Source of the DNA: Octopus sinensis
Lineage: Eukaryota
Direction of reading: 5' to 3'
Assembly (NCBI RefSeq): GCF_006345805.1
Contig: NC_042999.1
Coordinates: 33,976,001-34,040,000 of the forward strand
DNA: 64,000 nucleotides
Shown piece by piece: positions 12,290 through 24,573 of the stretch. Numbering within the stretch: position 1 is the stretch's first letter; the number at the start of each line of letters is the position of its first letter. A program made the position numbers and the translations under genes. The notes beneath the pieces are model-generated. The model did no database searches. It had not been told where the DNA came from and was given only the letters and a program-made list of their open reading frames with translations.

Positions 12290-12841
12290 ATGTATATACG
12301 TATGTGTTTTCAAACACACACACACGCTCGCGTATCATTCTTATACAATGATGTTGTTGACAGCGAACTCCTAGTGTGCCTCTGTGTACGTATTTATAAC
12401 GATAAGTTACATCATTACTAATAATAGTTTAGAGTTATTTCTCTTTTTAGGAAGTGTGCACTCAGAATTGAATTCTCGTACATCATTTAGCAACCTTGAA
12501 GCCACTTAAATGAAGTATCTATTTATTGCAAAATACATTTAAATACTTTCTACAATAAACACATCGTTTAAATAGCTCCAAAGAAGTTATAAAACGTCAC
12601 ACCTGTACGTAGATGTCAATCACGCCTACCTATTGCAGAAACAGCTGTACATAAAAATAATGTGGTTACGTAACTGGTGTCTGTTATTCGTTAAACGATA
12701 TTCCTTTCAAATGATACTTTACTGTGGGGCATATTCATGTTTAACAACTGTTTATTAGTAGGCTGAATTTTTATACGTACATATGTGTGTAGTTTGATAT
12801 TTTATCCTTAATTGCCTATCATTCTAATGTTATATATATAT

Positions 12842-12896
<55 letters not shown>

Positions 12897-13547
12897 ATAT
12901 ATACCATGATTATACTATAACCACCACTGAGCTCTTTATGACACATTACTTATGTTTTCAGAAACATTTGCATTTAATGTAAATACCTCAAATAAAATCC
13001 ACACGTCCTATTGATTTTCTCTGAAAGCTATGGAATTGTATAAAATGGCAAACAATGATTTTATCTGCGATTGTTATTCATTTAGTACATCGATTTAATG
13101 ATATAAATGTGTAAATATGTCACACCAAACAGCGTTAAATACCTCCCAGTATAAACAATCAAATATTAATCACAGAGTTCCTATTAAATTACATCTTTAA
13201 TATATGATTGAATAATATCGTTAGCCATTCAAGATATGTAGGATATACTGTCACATAATTGTTTAATGAAATCATATAAAAACAAATGTAATTGAAATAT
13301 TAATATATACACAACATGATCTGGTCCTGGTAAATTAGGTGATACGGTTATTATTGTTTACGAAACAATATTATTCATCTTCAATTAATTTTCTTGCAAT
13401 TTAAATATAATGTTAAACCAAAAAAAAATGACTTCGAATTCATACATGAATATTTCTAAATTATTAACTTTCTCTCTTCCACTTTTTCTCTCTCTCCTTC
13501 TTTCTCTCTCACCCACTCTTTCTCTCCTACTTTCTCTCTCTCCCTTG

Positions 13548-13600
<53 letters not shown>

Positions 13601-14639
13601 CTTAGTCTCATTCTGGACATGCATATATTCACAACATAATTCGTTTATTACTGATTAGTAACAAACGTACCCAGTTATATGTAAACATACGCGTAAAATA
13701 TGTTTGTCTGTGTGTATCTATATTTGGACGCATAACATGTTTTCACAGTTTATATTTTCCCCAATTTTACATGTTTTTCAATATTCCAGTGCATTCAAAT
13801 TATATAACAATATTCAATTAAAATTCAATTAAATATCATTTCCAAAGTACTAATGATTTGGACAAATGAGAAGTTTCATCGATTGATTAATATATTTTTC
13901 AATACACAATATAATATACTCATATTCAGAGATATGTTTATTTGCATGCGTTATTACAGTTTTCAGCTAAATCTTTTTGTAGTCGCATTTACAATTCGCT
14001 AATATACTTCAACTGACAATTGTTATTGATTCATTAATACATTTATTTACACACACACATACACACATACATACATACACACATATGGCGTGGTGAAGAT
14101 AACGGCAATAGAGAAGAACAATGTAAAATAATTAGATTTATGTCCATTTAAGATGGTGTGGAATCAAAATAGGTCTAAAATCTCGATCCAGAGAGGGTGA
14201 TGTTTGTCAGTTCGCCGAAAGCAATTGCCCATATTTTTGCATTTGCTGAAAATTTTCTCATCTGGAATTCAGCAGTGGAGTGGCAATTTTAGAGCTAGAA
14301 AGGGTATACTATCTTTCAGCAAGGCATAACTTGCATTTTTTTATCCTTTAATATATAGCATAGAATTTTCTACCTTCTTCCGCTTGATACAAGGTGCCGT
14401 GCAGTTGGTCGTCAAATCGCCATCGTGGCTAACCAGCTTAGTAGGTTTATATGTATTTAGTGGCTTTTTCCAACGTACTGGTTTTGTCCATGTGCCGGAA
14501 ACTTGATGGAGGTTGACATAGAAACCTTTGAAATCATCTTCGCATAACCCGATTTAATACTTCTCGATTTGGTCATTATGCAGCGTTGCTGTAACTTCTG
14601 CCTTTTATATGATGGAGTTAATTAATCATACACCCCTGC

Positions 14640-15130
14640 TCGAGTGGAGACGCTCCTGGATCTCGACAGTTACAATTGAGAGTAAGCCTTTAAGAAGATA
14701 TCAATACACATATATATAGATACGCTTCCCACATAAATACAATAGTATTGACAGTGAAGCTAAGAAATTAACCAATATGGTGATAGGAACCTTCACCAGC
14801 GCGGACGCTTTTGACCCTATAATTTTGTATAATTTTGAAAATCTTAACATTCCAAACCTATCCGCCAGTCAAGAAATTTTCGATGACGCAGCGGCCTATT
14901 ACATTGATGCCTTGGCGCGCAGTGGGTTTAAGGAATATATCTCGTATATGCCAGGTCTCAGCACCTGTAAAAGTCGTTTATTTTTCCCTCCCTTTTCGCT
15001 CAACAACGCTTGCGTGGGAAAAAGATCCCTTAGATTAGTGGACAAATACTTCACACGCTCACACATATGCGATAAAACTATTGCTCCTGCAACGCAAATT
15101 ATATAAAGTTTGGGATTTTGCGGAGGGTCA
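14640..15130 (+). mobile_element. Penelope-like element relic (post-RT region, Neptune-like)
   Basis: ORF 14777-15106 contains LSASQEIFDDAAAYYIDALARSGFKEYISY..FFPPFSLN..VGKRSLRLVDKYF, matching the PLE pattern LSSNKEIF..AAPYYNEAL..SGY..WFNPPFS..NIGK.FL.LIDKHF. Confidence 0.7.
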
Positions 15131-15308
15131 AAATTGCTAGCACAAACAGGTCAGTGAAAACAATCAGGAAGGGCCGTTAAGCCTAACCGTGGTTGTGGTG
15201 GCGAACGCGTAAATCAAGCCTGAACTGGAGACAGTAAAGAACACGTCTTCTTTGCTCCACCTACAAACGGAGAGAAGGAAAGAAACACGAGTTATGAGTA
15301 GTAATATT

Positions 15309-15410
15309 ACCGATGGTCACGTGTGAGCCACGTGAGGAAGGGAGGAGTGAGGGGGAGAGAAAGTACCATTCTTCCTCCCTTGCGCACGTGGCTCCCACGT
15401 GATCATCGGT
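15309..15410. repeat. 102-bp hairpin, 38-bp imperfect inverted repeats (MITE-like)
   Basis: Arms 15309-15346 and 15373-15410 match at 34 of 38 positions; 26-nt loop; four CACGTG hexamers. Confidence 0.85.
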
Positions 15411-16174
15411 CGTCTTTCTTTCTTCTCCTAACTTGTGTTTCTTTATTTATACATTCAGTATCTAATTTCGAATTCAGATGTTTTAGTGCTTGGCACATTG
15501 TGAACCATCTTTATGTAAGAAGAGATTCATATAAATTGATATTGATTTCCCCTTTTAAAGAACGCCTATCCCTGATACATTTGAAGAACATGAAATCAAC
15601 TTTCCAAATCCATTAAGAAGCAACACACACACACATAATATTTGGAATATTACACGCAAGGGAATGTTAACTGAATTGCAAAAAACAACGAGACCTAACA
15701 CAATTGATGAAATGGCGCAGAGCAGAACAACTCCGCGAGTGAAATACAAAAATATAAAAAAAACTTGATGCAAATGTATTCGGCAATTATACAACCATAA
15801 AAATAATGGAGAATAGCAAAGACATTGAGGAGAAATAGGTAAGAATGAAATAGATTTAATCAGTGTAATTCATTCAAGACATGAGTGACGCGCTCGCGGT
15901 TATTTTGTTTAAAGTTCTAGAAAGAAAACTGCGTTTTATAGGAAGATAAAACTGATGCGGACGGGAAAATGAAGAGAAGATGGTTTCCTGAAGTTGTTGA
16001 CAACTAATATATCATTTACGTTTAGTAACGTAAATGTACACAATTCAACTTCGATTCAATGTAAGAGAAAAAAGTAATATATTGCAATAGACGCAAGGAA
16101 AAGGATAGAAGACAATGTCTAATTACAAAATTCATCTGGTGTTTTCACAATAACAATTGTATCAGTATTATTTC

Positions 16175-16327
16175 TCTGCCTGAGTTCAAATTCTGCCGAG
16201 GCCGACTTTGCTTTTCATCCTTTTGGGGTCAATAATTTCAGTACCAGTTGCTTACTGAGGTCGATCTAATCGTATGACCTCCTCCCCCAACATTTCGGGC
16301 CTTGTGCCTAGAGTAGAAAAGAGTATT
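16175..16327 (+). mobile_element. tRNA-derived SINE (family B), 5'-truncated
   Basis: B box GAGTTCAAATTC, then CCGAGG(C)CGACTTTGC..TTTCATCCTTT..GGGGTC and 3' GGCCTTGTGCCTAGAGTAGAAAAG, shared with other family B copies. Confidence 0.8.
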
Positions 16328-16839
16328 ACAACTCTGCCTCCAAACACAAGAAATGCAAATTATAATACGAATAAGAATGCAAGTTGTTATACTTGGAATA
16401 AAGACAATGTGTATGGGAAGTCATGTAGAAACGGATTCAGCCAAATAGGTTTAACACGTCAACCAAGATACGTAATATCCTTTTAATGCCGCTAGACGTA
16501 TAACAGAACATAAACGAATGAAAATATATGTTGGGAAGGTGCATAAGCCTTATAAACTATGTGACATTCAGTCCTCTTTAAGTTAGATGTACTGAAATGT
16601 ATTGATCTTCAAATGCAACAATTACTCCAAAGTAATATCATTCATCAGATAATAATTACTTGCTATATTATAATGTCCATTGTGGTCTCTTGTTAGCTAT
16701 ATGCATTACAGGAAATAACCTGTCAATACGTTTTATGATTTATACATATCCCACGTGTCTTATTATTTAAACTACAATTCATTTCCCACCTGCTAACAAT
16801 TTACATCGCACCTAATGATGAATAATATTTGCAAGTTAA

Positions 16840-16845
16840 ATATTA

Positions 16846-16939
<94 letters not shown>

Positions 16940-16945
16940 ATTATT

Positions 16946-17003
<58 letters not shown>

Positions 17004-17018
17004 TTATATCTATCTATC
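16840..17018. repeat. (TA)n tract
   Basis: Directly visible. Confidence 0.95.
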
Positions 17019-17247
17019 TTATTTCTTTATTGACAACAAGGGGCTAACATAGAGAGGACATATAAGGACAGACAAAGGGATTAAGTCGATTATATCGACC
17101 CCAGTGCGTAACAGTTACTTAATTTATTGATACCGAAAGGATGAAAGGCAAATTCGACCTCAGCGGAATTTGAACTCAGAGCGTAACGTCAGACGAAATA
17201 CGGCTACGCATTTCAACCGGCGTGCTAACGGTTCTGCCAGCTCGCCG
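17019..17247 (-). mobile_element. tRNA-derived SINE (family B), full length
   Basis: Minus strand CGGCGAGCTGGCAGAACCGTTAGC head, GAGTTCAAATTCCGCTGAGGTCG core, AATAAAGAAATAA end. Confidence 0.85.
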
Positions 17248-17250
17248 ATG

Positions 17251-17499
<249 letters not shown>

Positions 17500-18100
17500 C
17501 ACACGTTTCTCAGATAGCTTGATCAATGTGTACATTGATACAACGTCAAGACTAAACACATATCTGTTTTCTCTGAGTTGGTCTGGGGGAAGGTGGTACA
17601 GTCTTTTGATGACTTCGTCGGAGTTCTTGACGTGTCCAGGAAAGGTAGACAGTATGGTTTGCAGGATGTTAGAAAGTAACCAGCATATTTTATATAGAGT
17701 GCCTTCCACACTGGAGACGATGGGTTTAATCTGGATCGTGTTGCTATTCTTGGGTGATTTAATGAGGTGATAAAATCTGGCTAATCTACTGTTCTTTGTG
17801 ATGAAGTTGTTCTTGAATTTATAATGTTCTTGTCTCCGTCTACAAATGTCCATCCATGCGGTGTTAATTCGATCCTTAATCCTGGTCGCAGTTGTATCTG
17901 TCCCCTCAGAATATAGCCTGTCATTGCTTAAATGTTCTAGTGCCAGGGTACCCTATATTTCACGAGAAATCACGCAGATTTCTTTTCCTTTATCTTATGG
18001 TAAATATACAAGGTTTCTTCGCCAAGCCATCTCGCTACAAGCAAAACGAGTAGGTTTATTTAGTAAACATTCCAACAGATATCCGGATACCAAATAATAA
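17500..18100 (-). mobile_element. Penelope-like element RT fragment (Poseidon-like)
   Basis: DKGKEICVISRE..ALEHLSND..; ARFYHLIKSPKNSNTIQIKPIVSSVEGTLYKICWLLSNILQTILSTFPGHVKNSDEVIKRL..VFSLDVVSMYT. These are PLE RT motifs 1-3; the sequence stops at the GATA tract. Confidence 0.85.
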
Positions 18101-18159
18101 AACAAATTTTAAAGAAAATTCATGAGCCACGAGCAAGTATCCTCGCTTTTCATACAACA

Positions 18160-18445
18160 ACACCGATGATAATGATTATGATGATGATGATGATGACGAT
18201 GATGATGATGATGATGATGATGAAGACGACGATGATGAGCCACGAGCAAGTATCCTCGCTTTTCAAACAACAATGATGATGCTGAAGATGATGATCATGA
18301 TGATCATGATCATGATCATGATCATGATGATGAAGATGATGATGATGAGGAGGAGGAGGGGGATGGTGATGATGATGATGACGACGATGGTGATGATGAT
18401 GATGACGACGACGACGGCGAGAAGAAGAAGAAGAAGAAGAAGAAG
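18160..18445. repeat. (GAT)n/(GAG)/(GAC)/(GAA)n trinucleotide mosaic
   Basis: Directly visible. Confidence 0.95.
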
Positions 18446-18599
18446 ACGCCCATTCTTATTGTTGTATTAGCTGTTGATATTGTTTTTGTTATTGCGTTTG
18501 TTGTTGTGTTAGCTTTTACTGTTATAAGCTTCGTTGTTGTAGACATACGACCGGCAGATGTGCTGGTTCTCTTTTCGCTCATAACGATAGCTGTGTGTA

Positions 18600-19400
18600 G
18601 AAGGCATTCAAATAATTTGTACTCTGACCTATGCATGCCCTTCGTCTTCCACCTTTGATTTCTGGCGTCGTTTCGATGAACTGCATGATATTCAGCGTTT
18701 GTCGAGTTGGTAGTATTATATTATACCGATTTTTCTTTCAATTTTCATCAAATTCTTACCTGTATTGAAGACCAGATGTGTTTTATGTCGGTGAGTTCCT
18801 ACACACCCACAACAAGAGGAAGAAAAATTGTTTAACCTGGTTGATGTGCTTCAACCATATTTGGGGTGAGTTTTCATATTTGGGATGCTTTAATATCTAG
18901 CATTGAATCAGATGCCTCTAGATCAATGCATGCTCTCACCGACTAGACATCGAATTCTGATGTAACATAACATTTTTAACTGCATCAAACGCCCTGCCTA
19001 CATATGCTGGAGGGAGGACAGAAATTTCTTCCTACGCAAAAGAATAGAATGCTTTTGTGTATGTGATTCAGAGGGGAAATTAACCTCAACGCTGCCATAT
19101 TTTCTGGCTCATGTAAAGAAGTCGATATCACTCCAAATTCACCTTACACACTTTAGTACATGGGCGAGAGCTACTATATCCATTCATTGGCTATTAATCG
19201 CCACACAGTCGCAAAGCACTCTTCTCTTGACAGAATTTTAGGTTTTTCTCGTGTTTGCTGCAAAGATGCATTTGTGTATTCATCAACGACTAGTTGTTAC
19301 ACACATCTCTACTCTGTATATTTCTCATCCAGATGTATATATTATGCATTTTGAATGGTTCATTCAAATAAGCAAGGTTTCTCACTGCTGCTACTGCTGC
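18600..19400 (-). mobile_element. possible old R4/Dong-type LINE relic
   Basis: Only scattered motifs on the minus strand (HPK..RL..LP..G..LTDIK; QRWKTKGMHR); weak. Confidence 0.3.
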
Positions 19401-20800
19401 CTATGTGGCTGGATCTGTGTAGTCAACTACTTTAAACTGTGGATAACCTATGTTATCCTAATTTGTTATTCTACATAATCCACTATCGAGATATGATCTA
19501 GATGACCCGTTGCAGTTTGACCAGGTCCACACTGTCACATCGGGAAAATCCAGTCAATACCTGTCAGACTGTTGAAATCGTCTGAGCAGGTTTGTGAGTA
19601 TTTTGAACCCTCCTATCCTATCTGCTAAATTCACACAGTCCCACCTTAGATCTAAAACTCTATCTCAATCTCCCATTAACACTAAAGAACGGAACGTTCC
19701 CAGGAAGGTTTCCACATGTCTGAAGAAATCTGGTCGTCCTACGCCTGTCGGGGCATAGACGACAACTAGACTCAAAGTATGTCCATTGCTATCTGTCACG
19801 TCCAGGACCATCGACTTACCTTCCAGATCCAAGAGGATCGTCAGTATTGCAAGATCCAGATTTTACACGGCGCTTACACCGCTCGCTCCCGGACGACTAG
19901 GAAATGCGCACACTTCATAGTCACCGAAAATGGGTTGGAAGTCCCGTGAGTCGGAAATTCCGGTTTCACTAATGACCACCATATCGACATTCAGTGCCGT
20001 GAGCAAATGATTCCGTTTCCAACGCGACCCCAGGAAACATACATTCAAGCAGACTATCCTGTACACGACCATGTTGTCGGAAAAGAAAAGAAAACATCTT
20101 TTGGGTGCTGAGAATTCTTTGGGAAACTTGGTGTGTGTATGGTTGTTCGTGTTAGTGCTGCGACGGCTTATTCTGCTTTTGGTGATGGTGCTGCTGCTGC
20201 TGCTTTTGTCCCTCGAGGTTTTGTGGCCGTTTGTCATTCGAAGTTTGGTGTAGTGAGGACACCCGTCTCTTTTTTCCAATGAATCTCGGGCAGAAAACTT
20301 TTAAAAGCAAATATGGCACATTGCTTTCCTTCCATCCATCCTAACTAGAATTATGCTGCCTCCAGCGAGAAGGATCTGGTCCGGGATGAGATTCATATTC
20401 CTTTGGGTCGTTTGAATGAGAAGTTCTATCATCACCCGGATCATTTCTCCTTTTTGCTCTGGTAGACTTCCAGGATTTATGCGTCTTCCTCGATGCCTAT
20501 CTTTACTGCAGCAATTAGTCAAGGAAACGGCTATTTCTGTCGGCACCTGTTGAATGATGATTTTGGCCATTCTCTGGCCGAAGAAGAATGGAATCAGCAA
20601 CAGCTCCTCGTGTTTGAGGTGATTCAGAGTGTGAGTCTTAGCCTCCTCTTCTGTGCGGAATCTGACCTCCACCATCATATAGCCTCTTCTTCTCTGTATA
20701 TATTACTTTAGATCCCAGACAGAAACAAAAGAATTTTGTATTTGAGCCTCTGCGGACAACACAGGATAGTAAACTCACCACTCTACAGCAATTAATCGGT
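19400..20800 (-). mobile_element. L1/Tx1-like LINE 5' part: ORF1 and APE endonuclease
   Basis: ORF1-like VEVRFRTEEEAKTH..LLLIPFFFGQRMAKIIIQQVP..GRKAMCHIC. ORF2 from ATG at 20072: YRIVCLNV..VDMVVISET..VVYAPTG..LVLMGD*..VWTWSN..SRSYLD..DYTD (APE motifs). Confidence 0.82.
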
Positions 20801-20929
20801 TGTCCAAGGTAGTATAAAATTGAAGGGCACAAATTCGCCTGTTATTCGTTTTTCTTTATGAAATCCAAGAAGCTAGGTCAAGCAAGGCTTGCCAGGCTGA
20901 CGATCATAATAATAATCATGATACTGATA

Positions 20930-21131
20930 CTGCTGCTGCTGCTGCTACTACTACTACTACTACAACTACTACTACTACTACTACTACTACTAAAACTACT
21001 ACTAAAACTAATACTACTACTACTAAACTACTACTAAAACTGCTACTACCACCACTACTACTACTACTACTAAAACTACTACTACTAAAACTACTACTAC
21101 TACTACTACTAAACTACTACTAAAACTGCTA

Positions 21132-21215
<84 letters not shown>

Positions 21216-21235
21216 TGCGATGATAATAATAATAT
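20930..21235. repeat. (ACT)n with AAA interruptions, then (AAT)n
   Basis: Directly visible. Confidence 0.93.
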
Positions 21236-21245
21236 AACAAGGTAT

Positions 21246-21558
21246 GCGATAAGAAAGAAAGAAAAGTCAAGAGTGACAGGTTAGCTTGGGAAGTTAAGCA
21301 GTTGTGGTCTTTGAAAAAGGTGGTAGAAGTATCAATAATTGTCGGAGCCCTGGGAACAGTCAGCAAACATCTCTAGAACTACGTAGAACAAATAGGGGCT
21401 GCAACAAGGGTGGAGCACTCCTAGAAAACAGCACTGCTTGGAACCCCTCGAATACTGCACTAAGGTGCTTGAAAATAAGACGTGATACCCTAGTTCACTG
21501 GTAGTGAACAGACAACGTTGTAGTACATCTCCAGCGTTAGAAGCTGTGCAAATGCAAT
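21246..21558 (+). mobile_element. R4/Dong-type RLE LINE 3' end #1
   Basis: LAWEVKQLWSLKKVVEVSIIVGALGTVSKHL*NYVEQIG..KTALLGTPRIL, a short UTR, then an (ACT)/(AAT)n tail. Confidence 0.82.
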
Positions 21559-21619
21559 ACTACTACTAATAATAATAAAAAACAACAATAACAACAACAA
21601 CAATAATAATAATAATAAT

Positions 21620-21677
<58 letters not shown>

Positions 21678-21967
21678 GAGGTGACTAGAATGTGGAATCT
21701 AGAAACAAACAATTCCTATCATAGTTGGTCCATTAGGCATGATAAAAAAAATATTCAAACAAATACATAACAAAAACACCAGGACTTACAAACACATATA
21801 ACATACAGAAAATTGCATTACTAGGGCACTGCACACATCCTACGCAGAACACATTCAATAAAGTAACCATCAGAGCATCACAACAAATCACAGCACATAC
21901 CCAAGGCACACAGAGCTGCGCTCGGTAGTGAAGTGAAAGCACGTTATAAAAATAAAACTACTGAATG
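21678..21967 (+). mobile_element. R4/Dong-type RLE LINE 3' end #2
   Basis: EVTRMWNLET..IPIIVGPLGMIKK..YITKTPGLTNTYNIQKIALLGTAHILRRTHSIK*, then UTR; (AAT)n on both sides. Confidence 0.88.
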
Positions 21968-22031
<64 letters not shown>

Positions 22032-22032
22032 C

Positions 22033-22105
<73 letters not shown>

Positions 22106-22106
<1 letters not shown>

Positions 22107-22723
22107 TGGGGAGAATCTGTATGAAAATTGTAAGGTATCTGTAAATTGGAACGAGGGAGCGGCATACATCGTTGCCAGATGTCCCAAGTTGGCATAGGAA
22201 GAATATAAGGAACGGAGGCATGACCAAGCTTTGTCAGAGATGAGGATTTGAAACTGGATACACATGGTATGAACATCGGATCGAAGGAGCACTGAAGTCG
22301 GAGAATTGTTAGTTTTTGCGGGACTTCCCTATTCAAACAAAGAAGCTAGACAATTACAGACTAGACATAACAATAATAGTCAAGATAAAGTGAAGTTGTT
22401 TACTCATTCATCCATCATGTCTATTTGATTCCAGGAACATTAAAAGAAACACGACACGATCCATTAAAATTTGAAATTAAAAGAATTTGGAATATGTATA
22501 CTGTGAAGGTTGTGCCTATTGGAAAGTGTAAGATATAGACAGATGGTTGCTGGAGATCGGAATAGGGTGTCCTGCAAGGCTTCTACAGACAGTTTGCCGT
22601 TTAGGGTCAGGAGAAATTATCATGGGCTTCTAAGCACTTGAAATACCATTGTAATCTAATGAATATTAAATTTACAGGTGATATCACGCTACGCAGAAAA
22701 GTCCTGCGAACTTGAATCAAACC
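22106..22723 (+). mobile_element. R4/Dong-type RLE LINE 3' fragment #3
   Basis: CCHC remnant (AYIVARCPKLA*EEYKERRHDQ), GFETGYTWYEHRIEG..LRDFPIQT..YRLDITII, then WNMYTVKVVPIG..LLQTVCRLG; (AAT)n on both sides. Confidence 0.82.
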
Positions 22724-22761
<38 letters not shown>

Positions 22762-23298
22762 CAATAATAATAACCATTCATGTATTAATTTATATTCTAG
22801 TAAATTAATCTGATGAAATAATTTGTTTTCTGTATTTTTGCACCTTCGATACTGAATTTTTATTTGAATAGCAACGCTCTTAATCACTTATTATCTAGAT
22901 TGATAAATGATGTTGATTTATTAAGAGTAAAGTTTTAAACATAAAAGTATTTTTGTTTTCTTTTAATATTTTGATTTGATGCAATCAATAAATGCAATTC
23001 AAAAATAATTTCCTAATCACCATTTAGCTTTAATTACTTCAATTACGTTTATGCCATGCTACTAAATACCAGACAAACTTCCCAAAGTTTAGATTTTAAT
23101 GCTGTGTCTGCTTCTAATTTTTAAAATTAATTCTATGGCATGTCAATATTTATCTGTTTGTATTTGCCATATCTGGAGGGCATGCTGTAAGGTATGTGCT
23201 TTCATGCAAACTGAACAAGACCAGAGATCACAAGTTTAGTTGGTCTGTCAAAAACCTGTCTATTATGTGATATCATAATGTTTGAGGTGATATAGAAT

Positions 23299-23490
23299 CG
23301 GCAGCTGGCACAATCATTAGCACCCCTGTCTGCCTTTACGTTCTAAGGTCAAATTCAGCTGAGGTCGAAATTCCCTTTTATCCTTTCGGAGTCGATAAAG
23401 TAATTACTAGTCGAGCACTGGGGTCAAAGAATGCAACTCAGTTTCTCTCTAATAATTCATAGGTTTGTGCAAGAATTTGATGCCAATATT
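23299..23490 (+). mobile_element. diverged SINE (family B)
   Basis: CGGCAGCTGGCACAATCATTAGC head, GGTCAAATTCAGCTGAGGTCGA core, TCCTTTCGGAGTCGATAAA, ACTGGGGTC. Confidence 0.7.
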
Positions 23491-23904
23491 TAGTGATATG
23501 TATACCACGCTCACCACAAAGGATACTGGCTGTAACATCATTGAATGTCTTATGATCATTTTCTCCAACAACTTAATTTTTGTAGACTTTGCTGTAGTAC
23601 ATGGGAGTCACTATAGATTCAAATTTCAACTGACCATACAGCACTATAACATCACTTACATGACTACGTCCCGTTGACACTTCTGGAGGAAAGTCCTGAA
23701 AAATAATTATCTAAGGGAAAAAGCCGATTTGCTACACATCAGACAGTCAGACTAATTTATGAGTCTGCTGACACGCGAGAGCAGCATCGGACAACTTTGA
23801 TTACTTCTTCTTCCAAGAAAACACCAGGCGGAAATGCGGACTTGACAGCATAGAGAACAACGACTTAAGTATACATACGCACTCACATACACACTCAAAC
23901 ACAC

Positions 23905-23927
23905 ATGCACACACGCACACACACACA

Positions 23928-24002
<75 letters not shown>
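23905..24002. repeat. (CA)n(TA)n
   Basis: Directly visible. Confidence 0.95.
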
Positions 24003-24003
<1 letters not shown>

Positions 24004-24259
24004 GCGATCAGCTTTAAAAAATCTGTTAAGACACTAGGATGTTTTCACACTTTTCTTAAAACGAAACCAATAGTAGTCTTAATTCATGAAGAAGCGGTGA
24101 TGAGTACTCTTTTCTATTGTTCGACGATTAAGTATATATATATATGTATATATTCAAAACATTTCCAGTAAAGGGACTTATATGATACTTGTATATATAA
24201 AAAATAGAGAAATGATTTATTCTGAAACGCATGATGATACTAATACTATAGTACGTGAT

Positions 24260-24333
24260 CGACATCCATGAGACTCGAACTCCCATCTCTGTGATTACGC
24301 GTCAAGTGCTGCAACCTTTGAGTTAAACTGGTC
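24260..24333 (-). pseudogene. tRNA-like sequence (degenerate; possible Thr-CGT-like loop)
   Basis: Minus strand GACCAGTTTAACTCAAAGGTTGCAGCACTTGACGCGTAATCACAGAGATGGGAGTTCGAGTCTCATGGATGTCG. A-box-like TAACTCAAAGG, B box GTTCGAGTC, tRNA length, but the acceptor stem is broken. Confidence 0.55.
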
Positions 24334-24511
24334 AATTACGATTTCCTCTGCAATTTTAGGATTTATAAATCTACCTTTATAAGTATGTGATGTTAAATTT
24401 AAATGTTCATGCTATTGTATTAGCATTATCATACGTTTTAGAATAAATTATTTACGTACCTTTCAATACATCTCAACGCTTGCGAAGCAAACTGTTTACA
24501 TTCATGGTATG

Positions 24512-24573
<62 letters not shown>

